64,000 bases of DNA, from NCBI RefSeq assembly GCF_964204645.1, contig NC_134028.1, forward strand, positions 7,502,001 through 7,566,000. The letters run 5' to 3'. The notes beneath the pieces were generated by a model. The model had not been told where the DNA came from and did not search any database. It saw only the letters and a program-made list of their open reading frames with translations. Made by a program: the position numbers and the translations under genes. Source of the stretch: Tubulanus polymorphus. Taxonomy: Eukaryota; Animalia; Nemertea. Of the stretch, positions 41,361 to 52,665 are shown piece by piece. Within the stretch, counting starts at the first letter, position 1, and every line of letters starts with the position of its first letter.

Positions 41361-42599
41361 TTCTGTTTCACGCGGTTATTTTATTTTAAACTACGAAAGT
41401 TCGTGAAATTATTGATATCACGTTTCGGCGTGTAATATCATATCGAAGCGTTATACGATACTTCCGATTTGATGGGATTATTTACTGATAACGCGTAGCC
41501 ATGCGAATCAAACAATAAACTCCTAGGAGACGTTCATAATTTCCGGTCAGCAAGAAGCCTGAATTTTATCGCGGCATCGCCGGGTACATGGCGTGCGAGA
41601 AAACCAACGGCGCCGCTGATGGTGATATAGCCAGAAGCCAAATTAATTACCAACTTGTTGACGTATTATTTTCGCTCCATAATACGGCCGTGAATTTCTC
41701 CATCGCGGCGGATCTATCTACGCGTACGATAAATTCGCCGAAATAGTCAGGATTCGAACCCGGTGACCGGTGTCGTAATTCCCAAGTTTCTGAAAGAGAG
41801 CATTAACGTCGCGGACTTATCGGCGCCTGGAATTGTACCGATTAATCCGCGTCGGTCGACTTTCTTTGAACGCGCGCATCCACCGAGGTCAATAAATAAC
41901 CACGAATATGAAAATCAGTTTTTTTTGTTCTTGTTCTCGACCGCCGATGGGTGACGCGCAGCCCACGCGCGCGCGCGTGATACCTCGGCGCTGTTGTCAA
42001 TTAACGTCCCGTTTCGATATATATCGCGCGTGAGTGATATATTGTTTTCCGTTCGGTGATCGATGCAGAAATCATAACGCAAATCAAGTTTTTCCGGCAA
42101 TCGAATCAAACATCAATCGCGATCGATCACGTAATGTCAATATGATGCCTCTACAGTGACACTACTGGCGTTAACTGATTAGTTTATAAGTGCCGCACTT
42201 CGATGACTCTTGATATATACGAAAGCCGCCTCCCGCGCGCGCAACCGCTGCGACCGAGTCTGTTTCAATTTCATCCAGACGTGTCCCATTATATCAAATA
42301 TCATATATTTTCATTAAACAGTGTTTGCACACCGCTTAAATCGTCGAACTTGCATTAAATGTGTATATTATGTGAATATAATTGGATAAAGTAATCTATC
42401 ATTTAGTTGCATGGTATATAGAAAAAAAACTGTCAGGCGGAGTCGTATCTTTATTACATAGATCGGCTCCGGAATTTCCGTTAGAAAAGGAAATATTAAG
42501 ATTCATTTTCGGTGAAACAATCAATCAAATCATCTCAAAGTTGCGAAATCAAGAGTACATTCTATGGAAAAGCCATCTGTTTAGAAGGCTCTCTTCGTT

Positions 42600-42709
42600 C
42601 ATCCTCCCTCGGCAGGGATTCGAACCCGATGGCATCGCTACACTCGGCCACAGTACGAACCGTGGCAGTCTCGATGCCCTTATGTTCGAATCCCTACCGG
42701 GGGAGGATG
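42600..42709 (-). mobile_element. Internally deleted copy of the tRNA-arm MITE
   Basis: CATCCTCCCTCGGCAGGGATTCGAACC..GTTCGAATCCCTACCGGGGGAGGATG; flanks CTCTTCGTT / CTCTTCGCA (7 of 9 match). Confidence 0.85.
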
Positions 42710-43171
42710 CTCTTCGCACTGTCTCGTCTCTAAATTCGATGATATCGAAATATATCACCTAATTGGCCAGACACCGATATTGGAGCGCAGGGAAATGGGA
42801 AATATTTGAAAAGCTCAATTTTGTAAAATTCACGCATTTCCTGAGAGTCTGACGTTTAATCAAATTTAATCGTGCATTGCATCATATTCTCACACGGCAT
42901 TTCCTCGTACTCCCGTTCTAAAAGTTGTATCGAATTATGAAAGCTTTCTTGCGCGTATATTATCACACATTTTCCGGCATGCAAGAAGCGAATTCAAGAG
43001 ATATCTCTATTTCTAGAGTCTGACATTTTCACATTTATCCATGACGAGCAAATTTATAAATTATGTTTATTTTTCAAAGGATTCCCTTTCCGTGGCTGAT
43101 TGGCTTTGAGTCCCAATAACTGAAATCAAAATGGTGGAAAAAGACCCCAATCAAATTGAGACTAATTGATT

Positions 43172-43505
43172 AATAGTAATAGTAAGCCCCTAATAGTAAC
43201 TTGATTTTTATAGCTCCCTTTTTACTGTGATACAATGTTCAACGGCGCTTTCCGTTAAATCGGTATCATTACCACCAGCCTATAACTCTACCATTTTATG
43301 AGTCACCTCCCCCTTGGGGGAAGTAACATCCGAGCAGCTTCTAGGCGCTCAGGGGTCACCCTATCGGACCAGGTACTCGTTTACGCTTGGGCGAAGAGAG
43401 GCAATGACGATGAGTGTCTTCCTCGAGGACACTAAGTGTAACGCACGGGCTCGAACACGTCATGACCCGTGGCTTCCCAGGCTCTAACCACTCACCCACA
43501 GCGCT
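43172..43505 (-). mobile_element. Older copy of the CORE-like SINE
   Basis: CCAGGTACTCGTTTACGCTTGGGCGAAGAGAGGCAATGACGATGAGTGTCTTCCTCGAGGACA aligns to ~40963-41024; degenerate head and tail are present. Confidence 0.75.
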
Positions 43506-44189
43506 TATTCTATAGCAGAGGGTCTTCTCGCCAACTAACTAAAATGCTAATCATGCAACGGTTTTACGTAAGAACTGAGAAGGGCTTAGTGTTGCTTGAT
43601 ATCTTCGATTTATGATCTCATACACTTTGATGAACTAATATCTCATAGCAGATGACTGTGAAATCAGCACCTGCTGGAGGCCGAATAATTCATCAAAAGA
43701 ACGATGGACACAGATTGAAAATAGGTCCACAATACGACGATTAAACAGTAGGCGTTGTTTATCCCTTAAGACAAGCATCATCGATCAGCGATACACTTCC
43801 ATTTCGTCATCAGTAGTAAAAATAAACACCGTCGCTGATCACTGACAGAATAAAGGATTTACCCCTGGGGTTCATGATCGAAAAAAGAATGTTTTCGCAT
43901 AAATTGTCCGTCAGTTTTTAGAGCATATAGTCTCGAACTGCGTTTGTCGTTTAGCCAATCCTCCCGCGGGGCTGTGTTTATCAAAATAAGGATAGGCAGA
44001 ATAAGAATCGATAATAGAACGTCTTAATATCCCCGATCTTAATTCCCGATGGCAGTAAACCGTAGTTATTGGATCTAATTTGCAAATGTCATTGATCAAC
44101 ATGAGATTATTGCGATCAAACATGAAATTGTTCAAGTGAGCGCCTATACTGTAGGCACACTCTCGAGGCATTCGAGAATTCGGAGCTGA

Positions 44190-44400
44190 ATTCGCGAGCG
44201 AGCGAGCGAGCGAGTGAGCGCGCAGCGCGTGCGCAGTTGCGAAAAACTATGCGTTTCTAATTACGGCGTTTTTCTTTTGTGAAATGCTGCGCGCTCTGAA
44301 AAATATGGAAACCTTCAACACTGCGCTGAGAGGGAGAGAGTATAGATCCCCCGAGGGAAATTCGACGTGTCAGTTCGTCTCGGGGGCTAATTTCGGAGGA
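44190..44400 (+). promoter_or_regulatory. Candidate Pol II core promoter
   Basis: (GCGA)n CpG-rich block, GAGAGAG, TATAGAT at 44341, and initiator TCAGTT at 44370-44375 whose A lies 31 nt after the first T of TATA. Confidence 0.45.
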
Positions 44401-44844
44401 GAGATAAACGCTTATTTGATGTGACAAACATGACGTCGGTTTTTACGAAATCCGTTAAAGCGCGCGTCACCGACGATGAAAGACAGAAAGTTTTGAATGC
44501 GTTGACAGATCGCGCTGCTGCTGCTGGTTTTTGTATCGATGCAAGACTCTGCAAGCGGCGTTATCGCGCTGCAGCTGCGTTGAAACAGCATAATTACATC
44601 AACGAGACCGACGCTAAAACCGACGACGAGTTTGATATCGAACCACGCCACCAAACTATACGAAAAAATAAAACTTTGGGTTTGTTTACACGTGGAAAAC
44701 GACCATGAAATATCAAAAATACTCGATATACGATCTTAAATCTTTGTAACTATTTTCTAATATCGATGTATTATTAAGTCGGGCACCCAAAATTAACCAC
44801 AATTAGCTGTTTGCCAGTTCAGGTTCATTGGAAGAATTTTTATG

Positions 44845-45107
44845 GCAAAATAATGGCCACAGTTTTTTATATCATTCTCTTGTCGCATTGTTGCAAATTT
44901 GAGAAATGAATTTTTAACTTGACTGAAACTAGAGATTCGTACGGTTTGAACCACGTCACGCTGCCAAAGCTGTCAAAATCCATCTATGGACGAATGAATT
45001 ATGATAAAACGCGCTCCACAAATATATTTTAGAAAAGGTGAAAAACGGCCCGACAATACAGGACAAAACTTCCCTCAAAATGGCGGCTAGCCACTATTAA
45101 AATGGTT
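44845..45107. mobile_element. Diverged solo arm of the long-TIR element
   Basis: TGTCGCATTGTTGCAAATTTGAGAAATGA..CAAAATGGCGGCTAGC..AAAATGGTT|TA aligns to ~37960-38216 and ends at the same base. Confidence 0.85.
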
Positions 45108-45346
45108 TACTACACATTTTAAGTTTATTGCTCCGCAGAGTGCAAAAAGCAGATTCATATACATACATGCGTTCATGCATTTTACGGATTAGATACAAAC
45201 ACAGTTTAACGAAGAAGAAATACACGAATACTTGTGAGTCAATTAACCAGGGTTCATTTAGGTGGGTATTAATAGAAAAGATAAATATTAAGTATAAATT
45301 AAAGTTACATAAACCAAAACCAGTATTTCCAATCATGTATTTTTTT

Positions 45347-45441
45347 TTCACCAAGAACTTTAGTGTCTGATGTACAGGTACACTAGGATCGTAGAGCGAC
45401 GGAGATCACTGTGGAGACAGCCACACTACAGGACTGGGTGA
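45347..45441 (+). repeat. Short dispersed repeat (family B), copy 2
   Basis: Matches 852-943. Confidence 0.85.
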
Positions 45442-45460
45442 ATACTTTTAAGAAAATCTC

Positions 45461-45640
45461 TAAATTCGACCGCCGATCACACAGCTACATATCTGTTCTT
45501 CGATTTCAGACTTCAAAATCAAACCCACTTTTTCGCATCCGGCCAGGTGCGGTGGGTTTGAAGACACAAAACCAAATCAAGACCAATCAATCAAACAAAT
45601 AAAAGAGACGGACAATTGCCTATTGCGAGATCAAAATATT
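45461..45640 (+). repeat. Dispersed repeat (family C), copy 1
   Basis: AAATTCGACCGCCGATCACACA..TATCTGT.CTTCGATTTC..CAAAATCAAACC..CCGG..CAGGTG.GG also occurs at 52488 and 56210. Confidence 0.8.
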
Positions 45641-46202
45641 AAACCAGGCGAGGGTTTGGAAGCGCTCCGCTCGCGATTCCGCTGAGCGCAGATATTGAAT
45701 TTCTGTTTTTCAAAAACTCAGAAGCCAATATCTGAAATCTTATTTGATTGCGTCGTCCGCGGAATCTTCACATCCGAAGATGATTTTATATTAAACCCGT
45801 TAAAAACTAATCGTCGTGAAACGAACAGAAGCGAATTCTCATATCGCGTCGCACATCAAAAGCACTTACTAGCCAGGGTTGGCTATCGTCTATCAAAGAT
45901 GAGAGAAAACGAATCCGGTTTTCAGGAACTATTTTGGCATGATTGAATGCGAAACTTAGCCTATGGGGGTGGAAGTAGAACGAAAAACAGCGAAAATATG
46001 TTAATCTCCGTTGGCCTGTGGTGATGAAAATTTGTATTGTCATGTGTAGGAACACGTGGCCCTTGCGGTGTACCAATTGACATCTAGCGTAAATTATATT
46101 GAAATTAAACTAAATCGTAACTTTGATCTTTGTTGAACGAAACTACTGCAGGTGAATGACCATGTTTTGCTCCTGGTGTGCTTGCCATTTCCATGGCAAT
46201 CT

Positions 46203-46349
46203 GGATCCGGGTCCACGTGCGAGTTGGAACATGGATTTTTCGTTTAAGAGCCGTGGTTTTAGAGTTAACTCTCAGTTGAAATATTGGTTCATTTTCGATG
46301 AGTTAACTCAAAAAATCAAATCTTAACTCAGAACCGTTGAACTAGATCC
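46203..46349. mobile_element. Degenerate MITE, GGATCCAGTTCCACA family
   Basis: GGATCCGGGTCCAC..GAGTTAACTC..TTAACTCAGAACCGTTGAACTAGATCC; related to 26212-26312. Confidence 0.55.
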
Positions 46350-47334
46350 GTGTATAGAACGTTGATTTGAAACTAACAACAGAACATTTAAAAAAACCAC
46401 CAAATATCGCCATGCCTGTTCATCATTATTAAATCCATATTTGCTGATCCATGCAAATAGGCCCTATTCTCGTTGCGTTAGCGTCCCAGCTTCCTTGGAG
46501 TCAACGACTTACAGGGGCCATTATCATTCGTAGCCCTTAGAATTTTAAACCTTGATAGATAAGTTCGTTAGGATATAGTCAAAATGGGTCTATCAGTGAA
46601 AAAGGTTGGGCCCCTGGATCCTTTTTAAGATTGGATTTGCGAAGTTGAGTTTACTTTCAGTTTGGAGGTTAAACAATTGAGTATTCGTTGAATCATAGCG
46701 AAATATTTATCCTACAATTTTAGTTAGAACCGGTTTAGCTAAACCGGATTATAAGATTCGTTCGTTAGCGGGTCGTATAAAGGTCTCAAAGCCACGTGTG
46801 CTTTTCACGTAACCGACTCCAATTGGCGGAAATTATACGACAGATCCCCAAAATCTGTAAACGACCAGTCTTTGGTTTTTACGTATGACAAGTCCCCAAC
46901 ACTGTCCGTCAAAGAGTCTATAATGACGTCACGCGCAAGACCTCTCGCTTAGAAAATACTCGGTGTAAAGGGCACCGAGTACAAACACGCAATCACTCCC
47001 ACCTTGTCAACAAGATTCCGTCGGTAAACAATCGTGGATCGGTTTTCAGCGCGCGACACTTTTCCAGAGCGGATACGACGAGTATCTGATAACTGTCTCT
47101 ATATTACTAAACGCGTGTCATACTACACCGGACAAGTACCGCATGTCATTAACACATTATTCCTTTCCTTTGCCGACGCGAAATTCGATTCGTAATAAAC
47201 TCATTCACAAGTATATGTAAGTCAAATAGAACTAAATCGTTGCGTTTGTTTCACTACATCACGTTAATCGATTAGCAGGTGATTTAGGATTTAGGAGTAG
47301 GTACTAGGTAGAAACATGTTCACTCTCACTTACT

Positions 47335-47790
47335 CCTAATCTGAGAATGACACTGATAAAATTCCGATGCTCGAGCCATGCCTTACCCATAGAAACAGGC
47401 AGATACGTAAATATACCGAGAGAAGAACGAATTTGTACCAGATGTAACCTAAACAAAATCGGTGACGAGTATCATGTTGTTTTGGAGTGTAGTTTCTTTG
47501 AAGACCTCCGTAAACTATATATATTAGCATATTATTATGAAAACCCAAATCTTCATAAATTCTCGCAGCTATTTAGTTCAAAAGATATGACTGTGTTGCG
47601 TAATTTATCTATTTTTCTGAAGAAACTAAACGAGCTTTATCAACTCTAAGTAGTAAGCTCCGAATTTAAACCGGAACCCTAAAACTGTAATTTGTATATA
47701 TGTATGTATGCATGTGACAATAATGTATTTTCTAGTCTGTGCTCGAAATTTTGTAAAAGAAAATGGAGCAATAAAGATAATAATAATAAT
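47335..47790 (+). mobile_element. 5'-truncated LINE 3' end (ORF2 C-terminus, 3'UTR, tail), RTE-X/L2-group-like
   Basis: ORF 47347-47649 KFRCSSHALPIETGRYVNIPREERICTRCNLNKIGDEYHVVLEC is the typical non-LTR ORF2 C-terminal CCHC region. Followed by AATAAA and a (TAA)n tail at 47770-47790. Confidence 0.9.
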
Positions 47791-47802
47791 ACTTATATTC
47801 AT

Positions 47803-48125
47803 CAGGGGCGAATCCAGACGAAGGAGCACGTGCTCCCGTCGCAATTTTACCGTGCCCTTTTGAAAATGCGATGGTAATATTTTTAGGGTACTTTTCCCCT
47901 CGCAACTAATATCACAGTAGTCCGCAGCGCAAGATTTAGCTTATATTCTCTTAAATAACAAATGTCTCCTCAAGTGCCTAGAAATTGTGCGAAAATGAAC
48001 GGAAATTTTCAAATTTTCCAAACCCTTGTTTTGGCCTCGTGGAAACTTAACTTGCCCTTTATCGGTATATATGCCCTTTTCATTTGTTCGTGCTCCCGTC
48101 AAAGTTTGCCCTGGATCCGCACCTG
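47803..48125. mobile_element. MITE, CAGGGGCGGATCCAG family
   Basis: TIR CAGGGGCGAATCCAG / CTGGATCCGCACCTG; no clear TSD. Confidence 0.75.
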
Positions 48126-48193
48126 AATTTGTTAACTTATTTATTTCGATTCATTCAAAACGCTTTCGGTAAAAATCTATCGATGCGTGAGTG

Positions 48194-48265
48194 TGTGTCA
48201 CCATATCGTGTCCACATTTTTAAGATGTGGACACGATATGGTGACACATTTTTAAGATGTGGACA
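48194..48265. repeat. 24-bp-arm perfect hairpin with duplicated centre
   Basis: TGTGTCACCATATCGTGTCCACAT-TTTTAAG-ATGTGGACACGATATGGTGACACA, then CACATTTTTAAGATGTGGACA repeated. Confidence 0.9.
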
Positions 48266-50552
48266 GACCGCGAACCAGTTGAAATTCCGTGATATAACTT
48301 CCAGGAAACAGCCCTATAAATGCTTACGCATTAAATACCTCTTCTCGAGTTAGTTGAACGCATTGATACGGATTCTTTTCAATTCAATCAAATACTATAT
48401 ACAACCCGTACCTTCTGTACGATGTGTAATGGTTTATAAAAGTGTGCATATCTATCGTTATTAAGGAAGCGTTCGTTCTCGGCGGGTGAAACCCTTTATA
48501 GGCGCATGGATCACGATATTGTCCATAAATCTCCTCGGACGCACGAAGTCGAAGATATAAGAACATAATATCTGGCAGGTTAAAGCACCGGTTATAGATC
48601 TAGTTATTCTATCCTTGGAGTAATCATTCTGAACGATATTACTCCAAGCTCTCTCTCCGTCTGTCTCTAAACATCGTACGGAACATAAGCATCAGCGGTC
48701 AATGCGCAAGAAAGACGCTCTTTTTCGCTCTACAGGAAACCAAGATCGCTTAAGTACGGCCACGCATCACAAGCCGATATCGTTTTATACATCAAATGCT
48801 CGGCGCTCAACAGCCGCAGAGGGTCTCGACGAAGTGTAATCGGAGACCGATAGATTATTCGGATGGCCTTGAGTTTTTTTATCGGACGCGGAACATTCAT
48901 CGACAGCGGTCTGGAGAGATGTCGTGCCTGCTCGATAGACACACGACCCAGTCTAAGTCTATAATTAGTAGTCGATATTCGTATTTTCCTCGTCGTTTAG
49001 CGGCGCGAGAAAAATGCGAAGAAACAATGAAAGATCCAGCTTCCCGTTATTATTTGAATGATAAATCGTCTTTAGTGCACTTCGGTTATGTTAAGATCTC
49101 GATTTTCAAACATTATATGCCCTCGAAAGAAAATTCAAGTAACTTGAGCGAGATTATAAATTTGAGCCGCGATGCAGAAGCAAAGTGACGCCTTAAAAAA
49201 TCTAAGGTACTTGTGCAAGATTTTCATTTCGAGTTTTTTCAGCGACACGGAAAAAAATCACACCTAAATCGTATTCAGCATTTCATATCGCAAAGTCTGG
49301 CGTGTTAGAACGACAATTATCACACTTATTTTTTTCTCGTTTTCTATCGCAGCAAAAGTGATCTTTTTGGTCTAGAGGAGACGGCTAATGGCAGAGAAGA
49401 CGGCTTAGACAGAAATGGCTAAATCGGCAATATGTTCGGAAAGAAAATTGGCCGCTATGGAAGAAAATGAAAATTTTGAATTTCAAGATCTATTTTTTCT
49501 ATCTAAAACTCGACACTCGTCAGATGTCTGACAACGGGCACGAATGAGATATCAAAACGTTGTATCTATAAGAATTTTGATACAATTCATTGATAAATTT
49601 AATGATACTTTCAATAATAAAGTTAGTTTTAACATCAATTTTGTATACAGTGGGATTGCAAATTATATATATTCCACGGCCTAGTGTGGTTATTCAACCA
49701 CATTTATCTTCTAATAAAATAGTTAATGTAATTAAATAATTAATGTAATTGTAATCTTAAGAAAACTAATAAATAACACCCAGAACCGACTACAATCACG
49801 ATCGTGAAAATCTAAGTCCTGTTTCCAGTGTAGCCGGAGACATTTTTTACTAGAATTTCGCGTTGGTTCTAGGAATAACCAGCAGCCTAGTGGCGTGATC
49901 TACCAATTCAGCCAATGAATACAAAATGCTCCTTAATAAGTCAAATATGCACTCATTTAGCAGCAATATGATGCCGTAACCTTGCCGAGCGGCGTAATAT
50001 TTACACGGCGAAATTCGTGCAAAATAACCGGCCTGCGGGTGCAGCCGTTTCCAATATACAAGCGTAATGAACCTTAGTGCATAATAAACTCCGTAACCCG
50101 TCGATTTGCGTATAGAAATGGCGAGAAAAGTGAGAAAATAAAGATGAACAGTAAACCAGCCCCGATATTCCGAAATCGGTCGCTATACTCGGAAGCGACG
50201 GGAGACCTCAATTAACACGCTAATAAACGCAACGCTGAGGGCTGCGGTGTTTTTTCGCGACAGCGCTAATTGATGTCGATTAGCAAAACGCGCGCGCGGT
50301 TATTGTGTGAAATAAATTCAAGCGACGACTCGTTAAATTTGTAACGAGATTACAACAACAACGCCACCGAGAACTAATCAACGCGTCGTGTTGAAATTGA
50401 ATATTCGAAGAAAATTGCCACCACCAAACGCCGCCGAATCATTACCGGCCTACGTCACAGACCACGGAATATCGCCTTGCTCAAACGGTGTAAAAAAACT
50501 CTAAGATCGCGTAATTCAAAATGTTGATACACGTTCAACCCGTTAAAAACTT

Positions 50553-51245
50553 TTGACGCCATAAAATCGTTACAATTATGTATATTACGTCATCAATATT
50601 GGGGGCTAGCCTGGTTAGGCTGGTGACACCAGACTACAATTAGGTTAGTAGCTTCATGATGCGTAAGGCCGGACCCCAAAAATAGTACCCGGAATGAAAG
50701 TAGGTACCCTGTAAATATTGCCAAATTCTGCAAATGGGATAGGCGTCGAATGTATGAACCATTGCTCCTGAGAGATGGATTGATGATGATTCCCAGGACT
50801 TTTTCTGCTTGGTGTAAGGGTACCAAACACGGCGGGGATTCACTTCGATATTCGGCTCGGATGTACTGCCATACCTGCGCTGGGATTCCTTTCTAAAGGT
50901 TTATTTCAAACGTTAGGTTGGTTATGTGGGGCGAAAACCACATCAAAGTGTAGCTAAGATTGTGGCCTAGCAGCCATCAGCAGGATTTCCCATTGATTTA
51001 CGCTTACGTTTAAATTTAAGGCTCGTATTTCTTGTCTTAACTATAGGATATAGAAGATTTTGGAACGATAGTCTGAGGCCTGGTTGTCGATAAATTCAAT
51101 ACAATTGTCGATATATTCAACTTCAAAATGACTTTATCGAGCCTTTATATTATTCATATCTTGCTATTTATTGTCGACAATATCAAGCATTATATATGTT
51201 ATTTTTCAAAGCGTCGATAAAATTTCAAGTTAGTTTCTTGTTTCG
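50553..51245 (+). repeat. Dispersed repeat family A, copy 4 (two pieces, ~50553-50602 and ~51080-51245)
   Basis: TTGACGCCATAAAATCGTTACAAT..TACGTCATCAATATTGG, and later TATTTATTGTCGACAATAT..CAAGTTAGTTTCTTG, separated by ~480 bp of unrelated sequence. Confidence 0.6.
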
Positions 51246-51622
51246 TGTAGAACTTCAGTCAATTATACGAGGTTAAACTAAGAAATTCGAAACTTTTCCT
51301 AATATTCGATTTCCCGTCAAGCGAATTTTCAAGAACCACGAGAAGAAAGAGGAAATTGTGTTCCGAGGCGCTTCATTAAAAGATTTACGCAATTGAATGT
51401 CGTATGTGACGTCATATTTACATTGTCTCGTTCGTGTTTGCGTAAAATATTCTAAATCGTCAGTGTTTGAATTCGGGGAATTAGTTTCGCCTTGCCGGCG
51501 GTCATTATTTGTGAAATTGCTTAAATCATTGTCGCGATGAACAAACGTTTTGGCAGTAAATTGAATTAACTCAATTTTACCTTTAGGTGTTATGTTTCGA
51601 ATTTTTTCAACTTTACTTTTAA

Positions 51623-51877
51623 CAGGGGCGGATTCAAGGGAGTGTGCAGGGGCGCTAAATTTCAAGTTGCCCTGAAATTTTAAGGGAAAATGAAAAATAC
51701 TAACTATGGAATATTAACTGATACTTAAAAAGTTTAAATTCATAAGCTTGTTCTGTGTAATTCCAAAAATAAAGTATTGTTTTCCGATATATATACTGGG
51801 TGCTCTTCTAATGATATGATACGCTCTATTTTGGGGTGACACCCCTCCCTAAATCAGACTCTACATCCACACCCCTG
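51623..51877. mobile_element. MITE, CAGGGGCGGAT family
   Basis: CAGGGGCGGATTCAAGGG .. ATCCACACCCCTG degenerate TIRs. Confidence 0.6.
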
Positions 51878-52487
51878 ACTAAAATTCTTCTTTTCTCCAG
51901 CTCTTTGTCCGATAAATGTAAACATACGCTTTTTTCTAACGCGTTTACTGTCTCGCATAAAAGACAAGTACTACGTATTACAGGGCTACGGTTATCGAGT
52001 TTCTCGTTGAAGATGTCTATGATACGGGCTCGGTTTGTTTAATGGGTGTTCTTCATCCTTTATTCGAGATTATATATGACAGACAGATTCGATTTTAGTT
52101 GCAATTTCAACTAGAAAATTACATTGAACGTCGTATAAAAACATCGCTTTCGAACATCGGACGCAAGCAGCAGGAACGACGAGCGTTATTATTATATCCA
52201 GGAACGAGGATCGTTCGATTACGACCCGTGTCGGGTATATGCCCTAAAGAGATCGCTATCAACCCCAAACTCTAAAAAGAGCGTTATCAAACCCTCTGAG
52301 AAGGGTCTAGGATGTGACTGACTTAAACGTTGAGTCTCATGGAAATACGTCAGACACTGGTCAAGTTGAAAAGCAGGGCATGGAAAAACAGACCTGCTTG
52401 CAACGCTTAGCTAAGAGTCAAATGCCAGGAATTAAAACCATATCGATATTTCCAATTATGTACTTTGATTTAAACAAAAAATTCTGT

Positions 52488-52665
52488 AAATTCGAACCGC
52501 CGATCACACAACTATATCTGTGTACTTCGATTTCCGATTTCCAATATCAAAATCAAACCCCTTTTTCGCACCCGGCAGGTGTGGTGTGTTCGTAAGGGGC
52601 ACTAAACAAAAGCAAGTCAAACGATATCTACCAATCGAAAAATAACGGGATCAATCCCTATTCTA
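52488..52665 (+). repeat. Dispersed repeat (family C), copy 2
   Basis: Colinear with 45461-45640 and 56210-56375. Confidence 0.8.

Noticed and set aside
46776-46810. TATAAAGG with TCACGT about 30 nt downstream as a core promoter
   Set aside because: The initiator match is poor and TATA-like words are frequent in AT-rich DNA.
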